From NCBI RefSeq assembly GCF_009914755.1, contig NC_060929.1: a stretch of DNA of 64,000 nucleotides, one strand, 5' to 3'. This document shows positions 41,830 through 55,735 of the stretch, piece after piece; positions within the stretch are counted from its first letter, which is position 1; each line of letters begins with the position of its first letter. A model generated the notes under the pieces. The model made no database searches, was not told where the DNA came from, and saw only the letters and a program-made list of their open reading frames with translations. Both the position numbers and the translations under genes were made by a program. The DNA comes from the human T2T-CHM13v2.0 reference genome, Homo sapiens.

Positions 41830-44090
41830 AACATAGTGATTTAATTCCAAGGAGTGTAATTGCTGGATTATTTGGTAAGAGTTTGTTTATTTGTATAAGA
41901 AAACACCAAACTGCGAAAGAAGCTGTAGCATTTTGCATTCTCACCAGCAATGATTGAGTGCCTGTGATTTTACATCCTCGTCAGCATTTGGTTGTTAGTG
42001 TTCTGACTTTTAGCCATTCTAATAGGTGTGTAATGGCATTTCATTTAGGTTTGCAATTCCCTAATGATATGATGTTGAGCATCTTCTCATATGCTTATTT
42101 GCCATTTGTGTATCTTCTCTGGTAAGGTGCCTGTTCAGATTTTACCTATTTTGTGATAGGGTGATTTTCTTGTTGTTGAGTTTTAATTGTTTTTGCATAT
42201 GTTTGACACCAGTCTTTTATAAGATACATGTTTCAAATATCTTCTCCCAAACCAGAGTTTGTCATTTTTTTCCCTGTACAGTGTCTTCCACAGAGTAGTA
42301 GTTTTTAATTTTAACGAAGTCCAACCTATCAAGTGTTTTTCTCTCAGGGATCATGTTTTTATCTAAAAAAGCATGGCCACTTTTTTCTTATTTCCGATGA
42401 GTTTTCTATTTTACACTTACATTTAGTTCTTTACTCCTTCTTGAGTTAGTTTTGTCAGTTATTTTAATAGAATTTAAATAAGAAATTGAGAACCAAAAAG
42501 GCAAAAAAGCACGCAGGTGACACGGATCTAGTAACTGCAGGAGGAACAAAGAGAAGTAAATGGAACTGGTGATGGGGCCAGGGGTTTCTCAGAGCTGGGA
42601 TTCAGACCCCTACTGGGAGTGACAGGAGGCAGCCAGTACTGGTACTTCTGAAGCTCATGAGGCTAGTTCTGCGGTAGTGGTTTGGGGGTGGGAGGAGACC
42701 AGAAATAAGAACTGCCACACCATAAACACTAAGAATTTTTCTGTTTTTGTGGAGAACTGACCTCTTTATCATTATGGACTAGCCCTCTTTATCCCTAATA
42801 ATTTTCCTTGCTCTGAAGTCTACTTTGTCTGAAATTAATACAACTGCTCCAACTTTTTTTGCTTTGTTGTGTTTTGAGACCATTTCACTCTTTTGCCCAG
42901 GCTGGAGTTCAATGATCTCAGCTCACTGCAACCTCCAACTCCCGGGTTCAAGCGATTCCCCTGACTCAGCCTCCCAAGTAGCCAGAATTACAGGCGTGTG
43001 CCACCATGCCCGGCTAATTTTTGTATTTTTAGTAGAGACGGCGTTTCACCATGTTCATCAGGCTGCTCTTGAACTCCAATCCACCTGCCTTAGCCTCCCA
43101 AAGTGCTGGGATTACAGGTCTGAGCCACCGTGCCCAGCCTAATTGCTCCAGCTTTCTTTTGATTAATGTTAGAATAATTTTTTACATTCATCTCTTTACT
43201 TGTAATTTGTGTCTGTATATTAAAGTGTATTTCTTATAGACAACATACAGCTGAGTCTTGTTTTTAATCCACTGTGAGTCTTAATTGTTCGGACCAGTAA
43301 TGTTCAAATTATTTAGTCGGATTAATATCTACCATATTTGCTACTATTCTCATCATTGTCCTTGTTCTTTATTCTTTTTGCTCTCCACTCTTTTCTGCAT
43401 TCTGTAGTTTTAATTAATCTTTTTCATACAATTCTTTTTCTGCTTTTTTTGTTACACTTGAGTTTGCAATATACATTTACAATTAATCCAAGTACTCTTT
43501 CAAATAACACTATATCACTTCACAGGTAGTGCAAATATCTTAAAACATGGTATCCCCAGCACTTGTCTCTTATAACATTACTATCATTCATTTCACTTGA
43601 AGGCAGGCCTTGTTAAAAAGAGAACGCTCTGGGTATATTTCAAAATGTCCACTTTTCCCCCCTCCCCTTGCCAGAAGCACAAGGAAATTTTCCTTTGGTC
43701 TTCACCAAAACTCTGGTAGGGATCCTAGACATAAAACTCACAGAAATATGAAGCCCCTCCCAAGACCAGACCACTCTGGAGTCTAACTCTCAAACTTGTC
43801 CACATGAGCCTCCAACAATTCATCAATTACAGTTTGAGCTTTTCTACCCCAGGACTGGTTCCCATGGAGATTTCTGCTACTAGGCTTCTGCTCCAGTCAG
43901 TTGTGATTCTCCGTATTAGCCTGTCTCTCTCCAATTTGGGTGGCAGTGGTTTGCCCTGTGACTTTAATCCTCTGACGGATCTAAGAATAATTGTTGATTT
44001 TTCAGTTTATTCATCTTTTTTCTTATTGTGAGAATGGGTGTGGCAACTTCCAACCTCCTGGCACGTTAGGCCTGAAATTGGAAGTGGCTA
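41830..44090 (-). mobile_element. Composite old L1M fragments
   Basis: ttttagccattctaataggtgtg ... tttgcaattccctaatga (3' ORF2) and further L1M-like segments. Confidence 0.7.
42855..43139 (-). mobile_element. AluS SINE nested in L1M
   Basis: Alu dimer; degenerate TSD aactgctccaacttt / aattgctccagcttt. Confidence 0.92.
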
Positions 44091-45530
44091 TTTTTTAAAT
44101 AATCATTACCAGTAGTTACTATATAGAATCCTAAAGTTTCTATCTTGAATTCAAACAACTATATAATACTATCTACCTCATTTTCAATTGGGGGGAAAAA
44201 AACATTCTGTCTTCCTAAATGTGAAGGTTCTCATTTTACAGCTTTTAGGAGATTATCCTATTTCATATTTTCTAAAAGGTTAACATTACTGAACAATTCT
44301 TAATTTTGCATTTATGAAAGTATTAACATTATCCTGGGGCTACACTAAGTTAACTGAAAAATTCAGTCAGCTAAAGGTCTATGAGCCTGCAAGTAAGGAG
44401 ACTGTAAATTAGATAAAAATGTTAACATTGCAAAGCATAATGTAAAATGCACCTCAAAATATACCAACCGTCATTTGTTTTTGCTTCAGAACATAAGCTT
44501 TAGAGGCACAAAGAAATGTTTAGATCTTAACTCTTCCCCCTACCAATTTTGTTATCTTAAAGTCTTTCCTTATCCTCATTTGTTCTTCTATAAAATATAC
44601 ACAATAAAACCTACCTCACTGGGTTACTATAAAGTGCTTTACATGTAAGTGCATGGTATAAACAGAAGTTGTTGCTATTGTTGTTTTCATAATTATTAGG
44701 CTATATATCTCCTTCAACTTATATTACCATTATTGAAAATATTTCAAGTATAGCATCTACCACACTCTGTGTAAAGCACATCTTAGCTGTATAGAGTCTA
44801 CTTGGACCATTTCACTGCCCCTATTTCCTGGGAATGAATTTCATTAAGAAAGTTTTCCATTCCATTTTCCTATCTCCTTATAAAACCTAGTCCTCAATTT
44901 ACATATAAAATATTACCTTGTACATTAAAAACATAAACCAAAGAGGAAAAATAAGTGAAAACATTTTGAGTGCAAACATATTCAGATGCCAAGAGCACTG
45001 AACAAAAAACTATAAATAAAACAGCAGCTAAAATACTTTTTATAGCAGAAGCTGAGTTATAAAAATGTCTTTCAGATTCTACTTAATACTACTTTTATTT
45101 CTAAAGGTCTAATTCCAATTCTAAGAAGACAATTCAAGATGAATGAGTTTTGTAAATTCCTCAGAGAAAGTTAAATTACACCAAAACTTTCAAACTCATT
45201 CTTAATCTCATAGCTTTTTATAGTTAACCTGTATTCGCCTGAGTTTGGTAATAACGATGAAATTTTCTTCTGAGTTTTGTCTGTGTCGGCAAAGCTTTTC
45301 CAAAATTTAAAGTGAAATTCAAAACTGAACAGAACTTTTTCACAATACATGGCAAAACTTGTATCCTTTTCTGCAACTATTAAGGAAACTAAAATAGATT
45401 CTTTAAATGAATCACCCAGATCCTTTTCACAGAAGGCACAGAAAAGGTAGCAGGGTTCTTCACATTCCAGTTTAACTTTCCTCAGGTAGGATTTGTATTT
45501 AGAATTCTCTTCGAAGAACCCAAATATGTT

Positions 45531-45729
45531 CTCAGTGGCAGAAACACTGTATATTATCATTAAACTTCAAAGGCTGAATAAGAGAGAAGGTGACCTATAC
45601 TTTTGGACATGAGTGGTTGAAGAATCTGAATGTGGACTTTGTTACTCAGTGGCAGAAACACTGTGTATTATCATTAAACTTGAAAAAGCTGAACCAGAGA
45701 AGGTAAACTCTAGTCTTAGACATGAGTGG
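45531..45729. repeat. Diverged tandem duplication, ~114-bp period
   Basis: ctcagtggcagaaacactgt(a/g)tattatcattaaactt...gacatgagtgg starting at 45531 and 45645. Confidence 0.9.
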
Positions 45730-46074
45730 ACTTGATTTCTTCATGGAATAAACCACAGAGTAGAAGACCATTACATTCTAACAGTTAAGTAACTCTTGGT
45801 TCCTAGTCTTAGGAACTGTTAACTGTTTTAAAATATTCCATCCAAAAACAAAAAGATATTTTCATAATTCTATAAAAATTCAATAAGGCAAAGCTATCAT
45901 AAGGAAGAAAAGAAAACACTTCCTTCCACATAACTTACATTTTGGACCTTAAGTCCCTCTGTGTTCAGGGAGTTGTATGCCCACAGGTGAACAGAAAGCA
46001 TCAGTATCTGAGGCCCTCTTTATTTATGTCCCCAAAAGAACAACAGATGTGACTTTCATTCAAAAGAAGTCATA

Positions 46075-46215
46075 TGGCTCTTGCCTCCTCTCTCATCACA
46101 TGATCTCTTTGTGCACACCCACTCCTCCTCCAATTTAGGCCATGAGTGGAAGCAGCATGAGGCCCTCACCAGACACAGCTACCCAGTCTTGGACTTTGTA
46201 CCCACTAAAATCATG
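46075..46215 (+). mobile_element. MST/MaLR LTR fragment
   Basis: ccatgagtggaagcagcatgaggccctcaccaga...catgagctaagtaaac. Confidence 0.7.
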
Positions 46216-47139
46216 AGCTAAGTAAACTTTTCTTTCTTAAAGAATAAAAAAGTCACAGTGGTTATTCAGCACAAGCAAGTTTTAAGCAGGAAATAACTTT
46301 AATCTTCATCCCAAACCAAAATATGTGAATCTTTTGAGCCAAAGTATAAAAAGAGATAAAATGGGTCATTAACTAATGCTCCATATTTCAAATACAAAGG
46401 CAGAGAGAGGTCATCAATTTGAGGGTGTACAACTCAAGCTATGAAGTGACAGATTTATAAGAACCTTGCTCTCGTGAAGGTGTCCATAATATTCCCCTCA
46501 AGAGTCATCACAGTTTTTGCTTGATGTAAGGTATCAGCATGTTTAAGTTGATTTTATGGACTTCAAATATTGGTTAGTTTTCTGAAGGATTTAAGCTAAC
46601 AATATTTTTAAAACAAAATTTAGTTTTTTGATCATGCACTAAGATTTTAGGAATCGGAGGCATTATGGAATTTTTATTTTCTCAGATAAAGAACTTTGGA
46701 AGACAGGGAAAGGTTACAGAGGATGTGCCTTGCCAGCTGCCATTTACAATGTAGTTCAATAGTCATCATCACTGGGTCAATGAGAACAGTCATCTAAGGT
46801 TTATTAATCAAAGCAGCGGGAGGGATTAAGGTGAGCATGTAGCATTTTTAAGCTTTAGAAAACACACTGGAATGCTCTATCCCACTGATGCTCAAAATAA
46901 ACCCATGAAATAAGCAAACAACAGAGGCTGTAAGGAAGACGAGATTCTAAAGTCATTTGTCTAAGGTTGCAAAAGTAGTGAGAAACAAATCTTAATCTCA
47001 TATTCTGTTCAAAAAAAAAATGAAAAGAAAAAAGATAAGCCTCCTCAGGATTAGTCCCAGAGCTTCTTTCCCTAAGTGATCTTTTCCATTCCATAACCCT
47101 AACTCAAGTATTTGTGAATTATTCCCAATTGTATAACTA

Positions 47140-47600
47140 CCTTTCCGACCTCCCCTCTAAGCACTACAATAATATATCCATCTGCACCTGCGTCACCACC
47201 ATTTGAATGCCTAAGAAGCCAATCAATCCTAAGCGAGCTCTTGATTCACTCCAACAGGATCATCCCAGGTTTCCCCGTCTCAGTAAGTGATGTATCATTG
47301 CTCAAGCCAAGTGTAGGAGTGAATCTCTACCTTTCCTCTATCCAAGCTCTCCACATCTAAGGCCTGGGCATGTTGGATAGATTCCTCTTCCAACATACCG
47401 TATCTCTTAATGCTATCCTCCTCTCCACCACTCAAGTCCAAGCCACCATTCAAGCTCTCACCCAGATCACATCAGTCTCCTCATTGGTCTGCCCCTTTAT
47501 GCCTCTAAAGTCTGTTCTACAAACAATACGCAAGCTAAAATTATGACCTTTCCAAATGCACTTAAAATCCAAGCTCCTACAAATGCCTATATACCTACCT
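47140..47600. mobile_element. L2 fragment (others near 9720-9855, 38455-38700, 51620-52000)
   Basis: Pyrimidine-rich L2 signature caagtccaagccaccat...cagtctcctcattggtct. Confidence 0.6.
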
Positions 47601-48417
47601 ACATTCAGATTTTTATAATTCCTACTTATACATATCCAGAAATAAAGCCTCGATATTGTCAGAGCAACCAGAAAGTCATAGAGAGACTCAGGACTTAATC
47701 CAAGTCTTCCAAGTGTCCTTTACATGCCATTCAACTGCCCAGTCATCGAGTCCAGGAAATTTATCTATGTCAGTTTTCTCATTTACAATATTGTAATAAA
47801 GCTGCTTCTCCTCCAACTTCACCTGGTGATTAGAGGATCCGATGAGATACTGTATGTGAAAGTGATTTGAAAAGCCCAAAGCATTATGCAAAGTAATATC
47901 AAACACAAGATACTGCGGAAATGGTGCTCAAGTGTGAAGTTCTGAACACTGTTTATAAGAAAGGGGAGTTAAATGAATCTAGCTAAAATAATTGACTTGC
48001 CATTCATCACTAACCTTGGCTGTTTCAATCCTTTTCTGCTGCTTAAGAGGATCGGTGCAAGACAAGAAAGCACATTGCTACCCTGGGTAAACTTCCTGAT
48101 TTGAGGCTTTACCTTACCAACAAATAAGAAATAAATAAGTCTTACAAAAGTGTTTCTGACCAAAAAGAAAAGAGAGAGCTACAAGGCAGTTTAGAAAACT
48201 GGTGGGGGAAAAAAAGAGTAATCAGCCTCACCATCCTCAAAGTCTCTCCAACACTGTTCTTCCGCCTCCTAAGGTGCTGATGATACAGATGAAAAATCAG
48301 AGACATAGGGCCCTCCCAAACCCCAAGAACACAGCATGACTTCAACCCTGGACTATTTCTGTAGCTCTTGGAAACTCTGCCAGCCAGCAGGAGCTACAGC
48401 CACATGCTGGACACTAG

Positions 48418-48800
<383 letters not shown>

Positions 48801-49196
48801 AGGCTACACATTTCTATACATGAGAAACTGGCCGTCAAGTATAAGTCAAATAACCAAGAAAAAGGCAAGTGCTTCTAATAAAATGAGTCCATCAATATGT
48901 AATTATATCATATTAATGTCAGATCTATTGACAGAGGCATCATGCTTTTAAAAGATGGCAGCAACTACAGCTGGATACACAAATTTTTTGCACAAGATCT
49001 TCCCTTCATAGAAGCCCCAAAACCAGTCCCACAAAATTGCAGTCATTTCTCGACATCTATACAAATTCACATTATTCTAATTAATTTTCTATTCATTGTC
49101 TTCAAATCAGTTATTTCAGTTCTATGTTGATCCTTTAAGAAATACTGAGTAATTTAATATATTCAGACTACAGAAATAGAAGTTATGCTGTAAATG

Positions 49197-49363
49197 AAGG
49201 GTCTGCACACTTTTTTCTGTGAAGGATTAAATAATATTTTAGGCTTTGCAGGGTACACACTGTTACATACTTTTTTAAAAAATGGTCTTTTCAAAATTTA
49301 AAAATATTCTTAGCTCTCAGACTGTATAAAAACAGGCCGTGGGCTGTATTTTGTCAATCCTTG
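49197..49363. mobile_element. MER58-like DNA transposon
   Basis: ttttttctgtgaaggatt..aatattttaggctttgcagg ... aaaacaggccgtgggctgtattt. Confidence 0.65.
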
Positions 49364-52349
49364 TAAGTAATAACTGTGAACCAATATTACAGAGAAAAAA
49401 AAATGTTCTATACAACATGAATCAGCCTCTCTTTAATACAAGCCACACTAGTTCAACAGGCTCTCCTGATGTCCTGAATTAGGAAGTTCTATATTAGAGA
49501 AGGATGAGGAATATGCCCTATTTTTCACGAGGCAAAAAAATTCCACCCAGATATTTCTCTCTTCTTTAAGTGGTCAAGGATAAAAGATGTTCAATAAGGA
49601 CTATGAAGTATCACTTATAATGTGCATATTTATAACATTTAAAAGCCTGGATTTACATAATACAGGTTAATAAAAACACAAATTTGAGGCCTGAAAAATT
49701 ATAAAGACAAAAAGCCAAAAATAGCTAGGATAAAATTCACCAATCCATCAAGAAAGGGGGATATATTATTAAAATGACTTTCTTTTAGGATCTCTATATA
49801 AACTATAAAAAATAGCTCCAAAATTTTGTGAGGATAATGGCATACAAATGACTTGCTGTAATTGGTATTTTTACCCCACAATGCAATGAAGTCCATTGTA
49901 CCTGAGATAATGGAACTCTCTCGCATTACTGCAGCATTGTTACCAAGCAACAAGAAATAAAATGTCAAGATTAACACTTTGTTTAATATATTTTTATCAC
50001 CAATAAACTATTTCTATTCTGCTATTCTTCTGGGTGTAAATGGTCATTAAGCTAAGAATTATATTTGTTAATATACAAGTGTATGTAAAATAATGCAGTA
50101 AGTTAATACTAGGCATTCACCAAGTCCATATTTTTATATTTATTACTTCCTTGGTAGAAATAGCAAATATTAACGTAACAGTAATTCTATTAGGTTATTT
50201 TGCCAAACTACTCAACTACAATATGTCTTCATTGAGTACATCTTCATTAGCATCCAAAATTTTCAAACCAATCTAGCATTTCATGAAAATTCAAGGAAAC
50301 GAATGAATTGTCTTTAAATACTTCAATACTCTTGAAACAAGTATGATCAGTCAGTTCATTCAGTATGCTTATGTTAGGACATTACATTTTCAAAGCACTC
50401 TATACCTGGCTAAATATGTGGCACAGAATTTACAGATCTCTTTAAGAATGATTTAGTAATCAATTTTAAAAAGTCCAAAAGCACAAGTAAAATATTATAA
50501 CTGAAAAAGAATAAGGAAAATAAATGTAAGTTGAAGATTTTATATAATTTACCATGTCTAAAAAATCAAACTGTGTGAATGATATCCATCACTAACTACA
50601 TCCATCCCAAAAGTTAGCACTTAGGAAGGTGATAGTATTCTGCCGAAGGACTAAGGATTCTTCAGAAAGGGTTGGTGGAAGGAAGGTATTTCTTTTTTCC
50701 ATATTGTATCAAACAGACACCTTTTTCTTTCTCTTAAAAGAACTTGTGTCAAGTGTTCAACTCAACTGGCTGATGTGAGTAGATTCAAGAAGATTAGGAA
50801 CAGTTTTTTGCTAACCTCATTCTACGTAGCTAACTGAAATAGAGAGCTTTAACCAGGTAAATTCTAAAGTGCAGCAAAGAGCATGTAGCATAGTAAGTTC
50901 ACATAGTGAATGCCAAATTTGACATTTCAGCCAAGTTCTTATAAATATGCCTCCATATGTCAGAGATGTTTGTGTGTGAATGAATTTCACACAGGAATGA
51001 GCCTGCGTATGGATGTGTGTGTTCTTGAAATGGGATCTAATGAAGTTTTTCAACATGGTGAGAAGTCTTTGTCTTATCTGGACAGAAGCTTCATTTTTCT
51101 TCCTATCCCAACATTCTTTTTATTGCCTCTTGAAAAATTATGAGTTCCACTGCTTTTAAAACTGTATCATTAGGCATTAGCAGTCTAAAGAATAAGAAAA
51201 ATTTAAGAGAGAAGGAATTATGCTTACTCTTTAGGCATTTTCATTTCTCTAAAGCAAGAAGCATGATGCCCCAAATCTCTAAAACACTGATACATTAATT
51301 GGCCTGCTTAATAATGAAAATTAAATGTTCATAGGATCCACTTTAGTGCTTAAGTCACCTGGTTAAAATCTACTGCATTCCCACCTTCTATTGTAAAGTA
51401 AAACAACCAGCTTGATCACTTCTAAGATAATGTATGAGGAATTATTAACACAAAGCTCTCCAAACAGGGCCAGAGTCACAAATACCAGGAGGCTCCAATG
51501 TCAAAAGTCACAGTCTTTGAAAAACATATTGCCATTATTCTCAAGAAAGTTAATTCTCGTAAGACTCCACACCCTATGACCATGCAATGAAAAAAGTTTG
51601 TCATCCCTGTTCTCCAAACCACCAGGGAAGCTCTTGCCTCAGGCCTCTGCACGCACTACTCATTTGGCCCTAAAAGGCTCCACCATCAGTTAGCTGCAAA
51701 TCTAGCTTCCTCTCTTTCTTGAGGCCTTTACTCAGAAGTCATCTCACCGAGGCCTTTCACTGTACCACCCTAAGTTTCAGTTTCTTTCCCTGAAATATCA
51801 GGTCCCTTTTCATGCTTTGTTTTTCCTCCCTTAACACAGCAATATCAAATATACTACATATTTTACTTATTATTCATCCTATTATCAAGATAGACCATCA
51901 GAATGTAAACTCCATGAGGGCAGTGAGTTTTGCTTTGTTCACTGCTGTATTTCCAGAACCTATAAAAATACCTAGTACACTAGAATTTGAGTATCAGTGA
52001 ACTTTCCTTAAACTATCTTTGCACTGTAATATCTGGTACTTGCTTCAAATCAATTAGAGGAGGGAGAAGGCAAAGAGATGGGGATGTGAATGGGGCAGGA
52101 GTGACCATGGGTTGATAGTCATTGGAGCTAAGGTGTTGGGCTCAGGAAGGTACATTATACTCCTCTGCTTACTATTATATATGTTCATTATCCTCAAAAA
52201 TAGACATTTAAAATGAAAATTTGTATTATCAGTTACACTGCAATCTTTACCTTTCCTCACTCACCAATCAGAAACACTACATGTCTGCTTGGCAGGATGG
52301 CAGACATACCCATGATCTTTTCCTCTGATTAACCTCCTAAAAAGAGATG

Positions 52350-52704
52350 GAGAGGTGGTGGAGCAAGATGGTGGAATTGAAGCCATTTGTCCACACCTCA
52401 GGAGCACCAAATTTTAACAACGATCTGTAAACAGAAAAGCACCATCACAAGAACCAAAAATCAGACAGCATTTGGGGAACTCACAGCACTGAAGGTAAGA
52501 ATGCAGACCTGGCTGGCTTCGCCACCTGTTTATTGTAGAGCCCTAGGGCCTTGAGTTAAAATAGGTGGTAGTCAGGTAGTAGTTAACAGCAGGCCTTGGG
52601 CAAAACCCAGTGCTGTGCTGGCTTTAGGCCTGACCCACCACAGTCCCAGTGGTGGTGGCCATAGGGATGTGTTTGTATCACCACACCCCCAGTTCCAGGC
52701 GGTT

Positions 52705-52743
<39 letters not shown>

Positions 52744-55735
52744 CCACTTGTTTGGAGGAAAGTAAGGGAAAAGAACAGCAGTCTCTACCTGGTAACCCAG
52801 AAAATTCTTCTGGATATTATCTAAGACCATCAAGACAATACCTCCTACAAGTTTACAAAAACCACAGCAATTATGGTTGGAGCCCAAGTCCCTTTGAATA
52901 CCTAGAAAGCGTTCCCAAGGAAAGGCACTAACAAGACAAGACCACAAAGACTACAATAAATACCTAACCCTTTAATGCCCAGACACCAACAAACATCTAC
53001 AGGCCTTGAGACAATCTAGGGAAGCATGACCTCACCAAACAAAATAAGGCACCGGGGACCAATCTTGGGGAAACAGAGATATGTGACCTTTCAGACAGAA
53101 TTCAAAACAGCTGTTTTGAGGAAACACGAAGAAATCCAAGATAACAAAGAAGGAATTCAGAATTCTATCAGATAAATTTAACAGACTGAAATAATTTAAA
53201 AGAATCAAGCAGAAATTCTACATTTGAAAAATGCAACTGACATACTGCTGAATGCATCAGTCTCTTAAATAGCAGAACTGATCAAGCAGAAGAAAATCAC
53301 TAAGCTTGAAGACAGGCTTATTGAAAATACAGTCAGAGGAGACAAAAGAAAAATAAAGAACAATGAAGCACACCTACAATATCTAGAAAATAGCCTCGAA
53401 AGGGCCAATACTAAGAGTTACTGGCTTTAAAGAAGAGGTAGAGAAAGAGATAGGAGTAGAAAAGTTTATTCAAAGGGATAACAAAATGTCCCAAACCTAG
53501 AGAAAGATAAACATTCAAGTACAAGAAGGTTATAGAACACCAAGCAAATTTAACCCAAGGAAGACTACCTCCAAAGCTACCTTTTGCGAGTTAATCAAAT
53601 TCCCAAAAAATCAATGATAAAGAATTCCAAAAGCAGTAAGAGAAAAGAAACAACAGACAACAGAGCTCCAACATGTCTGGCAACAGACTTTTCAGTGGAA
53701 ACATTACAAGCCAGGAAAGAGTAGCATGACATATTTAAAGGACTGAAGGAAAGAAACTTTTGCCCTAGAATAGTATATATGGCAAAATATCTTTCAAGCA
53801 TGGAGGAGAAATAAAGAACTTCCAAGACAACCAAAATCAGAGGGATTTCATCAACACCAGACCTGTCCTACAAGAAGTGATAGAGGGAGTTCTTTGATCT
53901 GAAAAAAAAAAAAAAAAGAATGTTAATGAGCAAACAAGAAATCATCTGAAGATACAAAACTCACTGGTAATAATAAGCACACATAGAAACACAGGATATT
54001 ATTAACATTGCAACTGTGGTGTGTAAACACTCTTAAGCATAAAGACTAAAGAACCAATTAGAATAACTACAATAACTTTAAGACATAGCACAATAAGAAA
54101 TTAAGAGAAACAAAAAGTTAAAAAGCATAGGGGTGAAGTAAAAGTGTAGAGTTTTGGCTGGATGCAGTGGCTCATGCCTGTAATCCCTGCACTTTTGGGA
54201 GGCCGAGGTGGGTAGATCACCTGAGGTCAGGAGTTCGAGACCAACTTGGCCAACGTGATGAAACCCTGTCTCTACTAAAAATACAAAAAATTAGTTGGGC
54301 GTGGTGGTGCGCACCTTTAATCCCAGCTACTTACGAGATCATGCCACTGTACTCCAGCCTGGGCAACAAGAGCAAAATTCCGTCTCAAAAAAAAAAAAGC
54401 ATAGAGTTTGTATTAGTTTTCTTTTTGCTTATTTGTTTATGCAATTAGTGTTAAGTTTTCATCAGTTTAAAATAACGAGTTATAAGACAGTCTTTTCAAG
54501 CCTCATGCTAACATCAAATACAAAAAAAACTACAGATTCATAAAAAATAAAAAGCAAGAAATCAAAGCACCCCAAAGAAAAATCACCTTCACTAGAAGGA
54601 AGACAGGAAGGAAGGAAAGAAGAAAGAAGACCACAAAACAACCAGAAAACAAAAAACAAAATGGCACGAATAAGTCCCTACTTATCAATAATAACATTGA
54701 CTGTAAATGGACTAAACTCTCCAATAAGACACAGTAGCTGAATGGATGAAAAAAGTTAAGACCCAGTGGTCTGTTGTCTACAAGAGACATGGTTCACCTA
54801 TAAAGCTACACAGAGACCAAAAATAAAGGGATGGAAAAATATATCCCATGCCAATGGAAACCCACAAAAAAAAAAAAAAAAACAAAACAGAACAGGAGTA
54901 GCTATACTTACATCAGACAAAATAGATTTCAAGAGAAAAACTGTAAGAAGAGACAAAGAAGCTTATCATATAATGATAAAGGGGTCAATTCAGCAAGAGG
55001 ATACAATGATTATAAATATATACACACCCAACACTGGGGCAGCCGGATACATAGAGCAAATATTATTAGAGCTAAAGAGAGACAGATTAAAATACAACAG
55101 CTGGAGACTTCCACACCCCATTTTCAGCACTGACAGATTTCTCAGGAAGAAAAGTCAGAGACATAGGACTTAATCTGCACTACAGAATGAACCTAATAGA
55201 GATCTACAGAACATTTCATCAGATAAAAATTACTAAGAGGAAAATTTACAGCTATAAGTGCCTACATCAAAAAAGAAAAAGAAATAACCTAATGATGTAA
55301 CTTAAAGAACTAGAAAAGAGCAAACCAAACCCAAAACTAGTAAAAGAAATATAGATCAGAGCAGAAATAAATTTGAAATGAAGAAAATACAAAAGAACAA
55401 TGAAACAAAAAGTTGGTATTTTGAGAAGATAAACAAAATTGACAAACCTTTAGCCAGACTAACAACGGTGGGGGTGGGGGTAGGGATGAAGACCCAAATA
55501 AAATCAGAGATGAAAAAGGGGACATTAAAACTCATAAGAAATTCAAAGAGTCGTTAGTGGCTACTAGGAGCAACTATATGCCAATAAATTGGAAAATCTA
55601 GAAGAAATGAATAAATTCCTAGACATATATAACCTATCAAGATTGAACCAGAAAGAAATTAAGAATCTGAACAGCCCAATAATCATAAATATATACACCT
55701 ACTATGTATCCACAAAAATTTAAAAATTTTAAAAC
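52350..55735 (+). mobile_element. L1 (L1PB/L1MA-age): 5'UTR, decayed ORF1, start of ORF2, then jump to 3' terminus
   Basis: 5' gagcaagatgg; ORF1 relic (cagacttttcagtggaaacattacaagccagg); ORF 54766..55173 CCLQET..IKGW..GVAIL..IINIYTPN is the L1 endonuclease; (AG)15 at 52711-52740. Confidence 0.88.
54156..54398 (+). mobile_element. AluS SINE with right-arm deletion, nested in L1
   Basis: Alu 5' end and A tail; cccagctac joined almost directly to gagatcatgccactg; tagagttt at both flanks. Confidence 0.9.

Noticed and set aside
54766-55173. 135-aa endonuclease-like ORF as a functional gene
   Set aside because: Decayed L1 ORF2 fragment with a poly-A expansion, frameshifted, and no RT domain.
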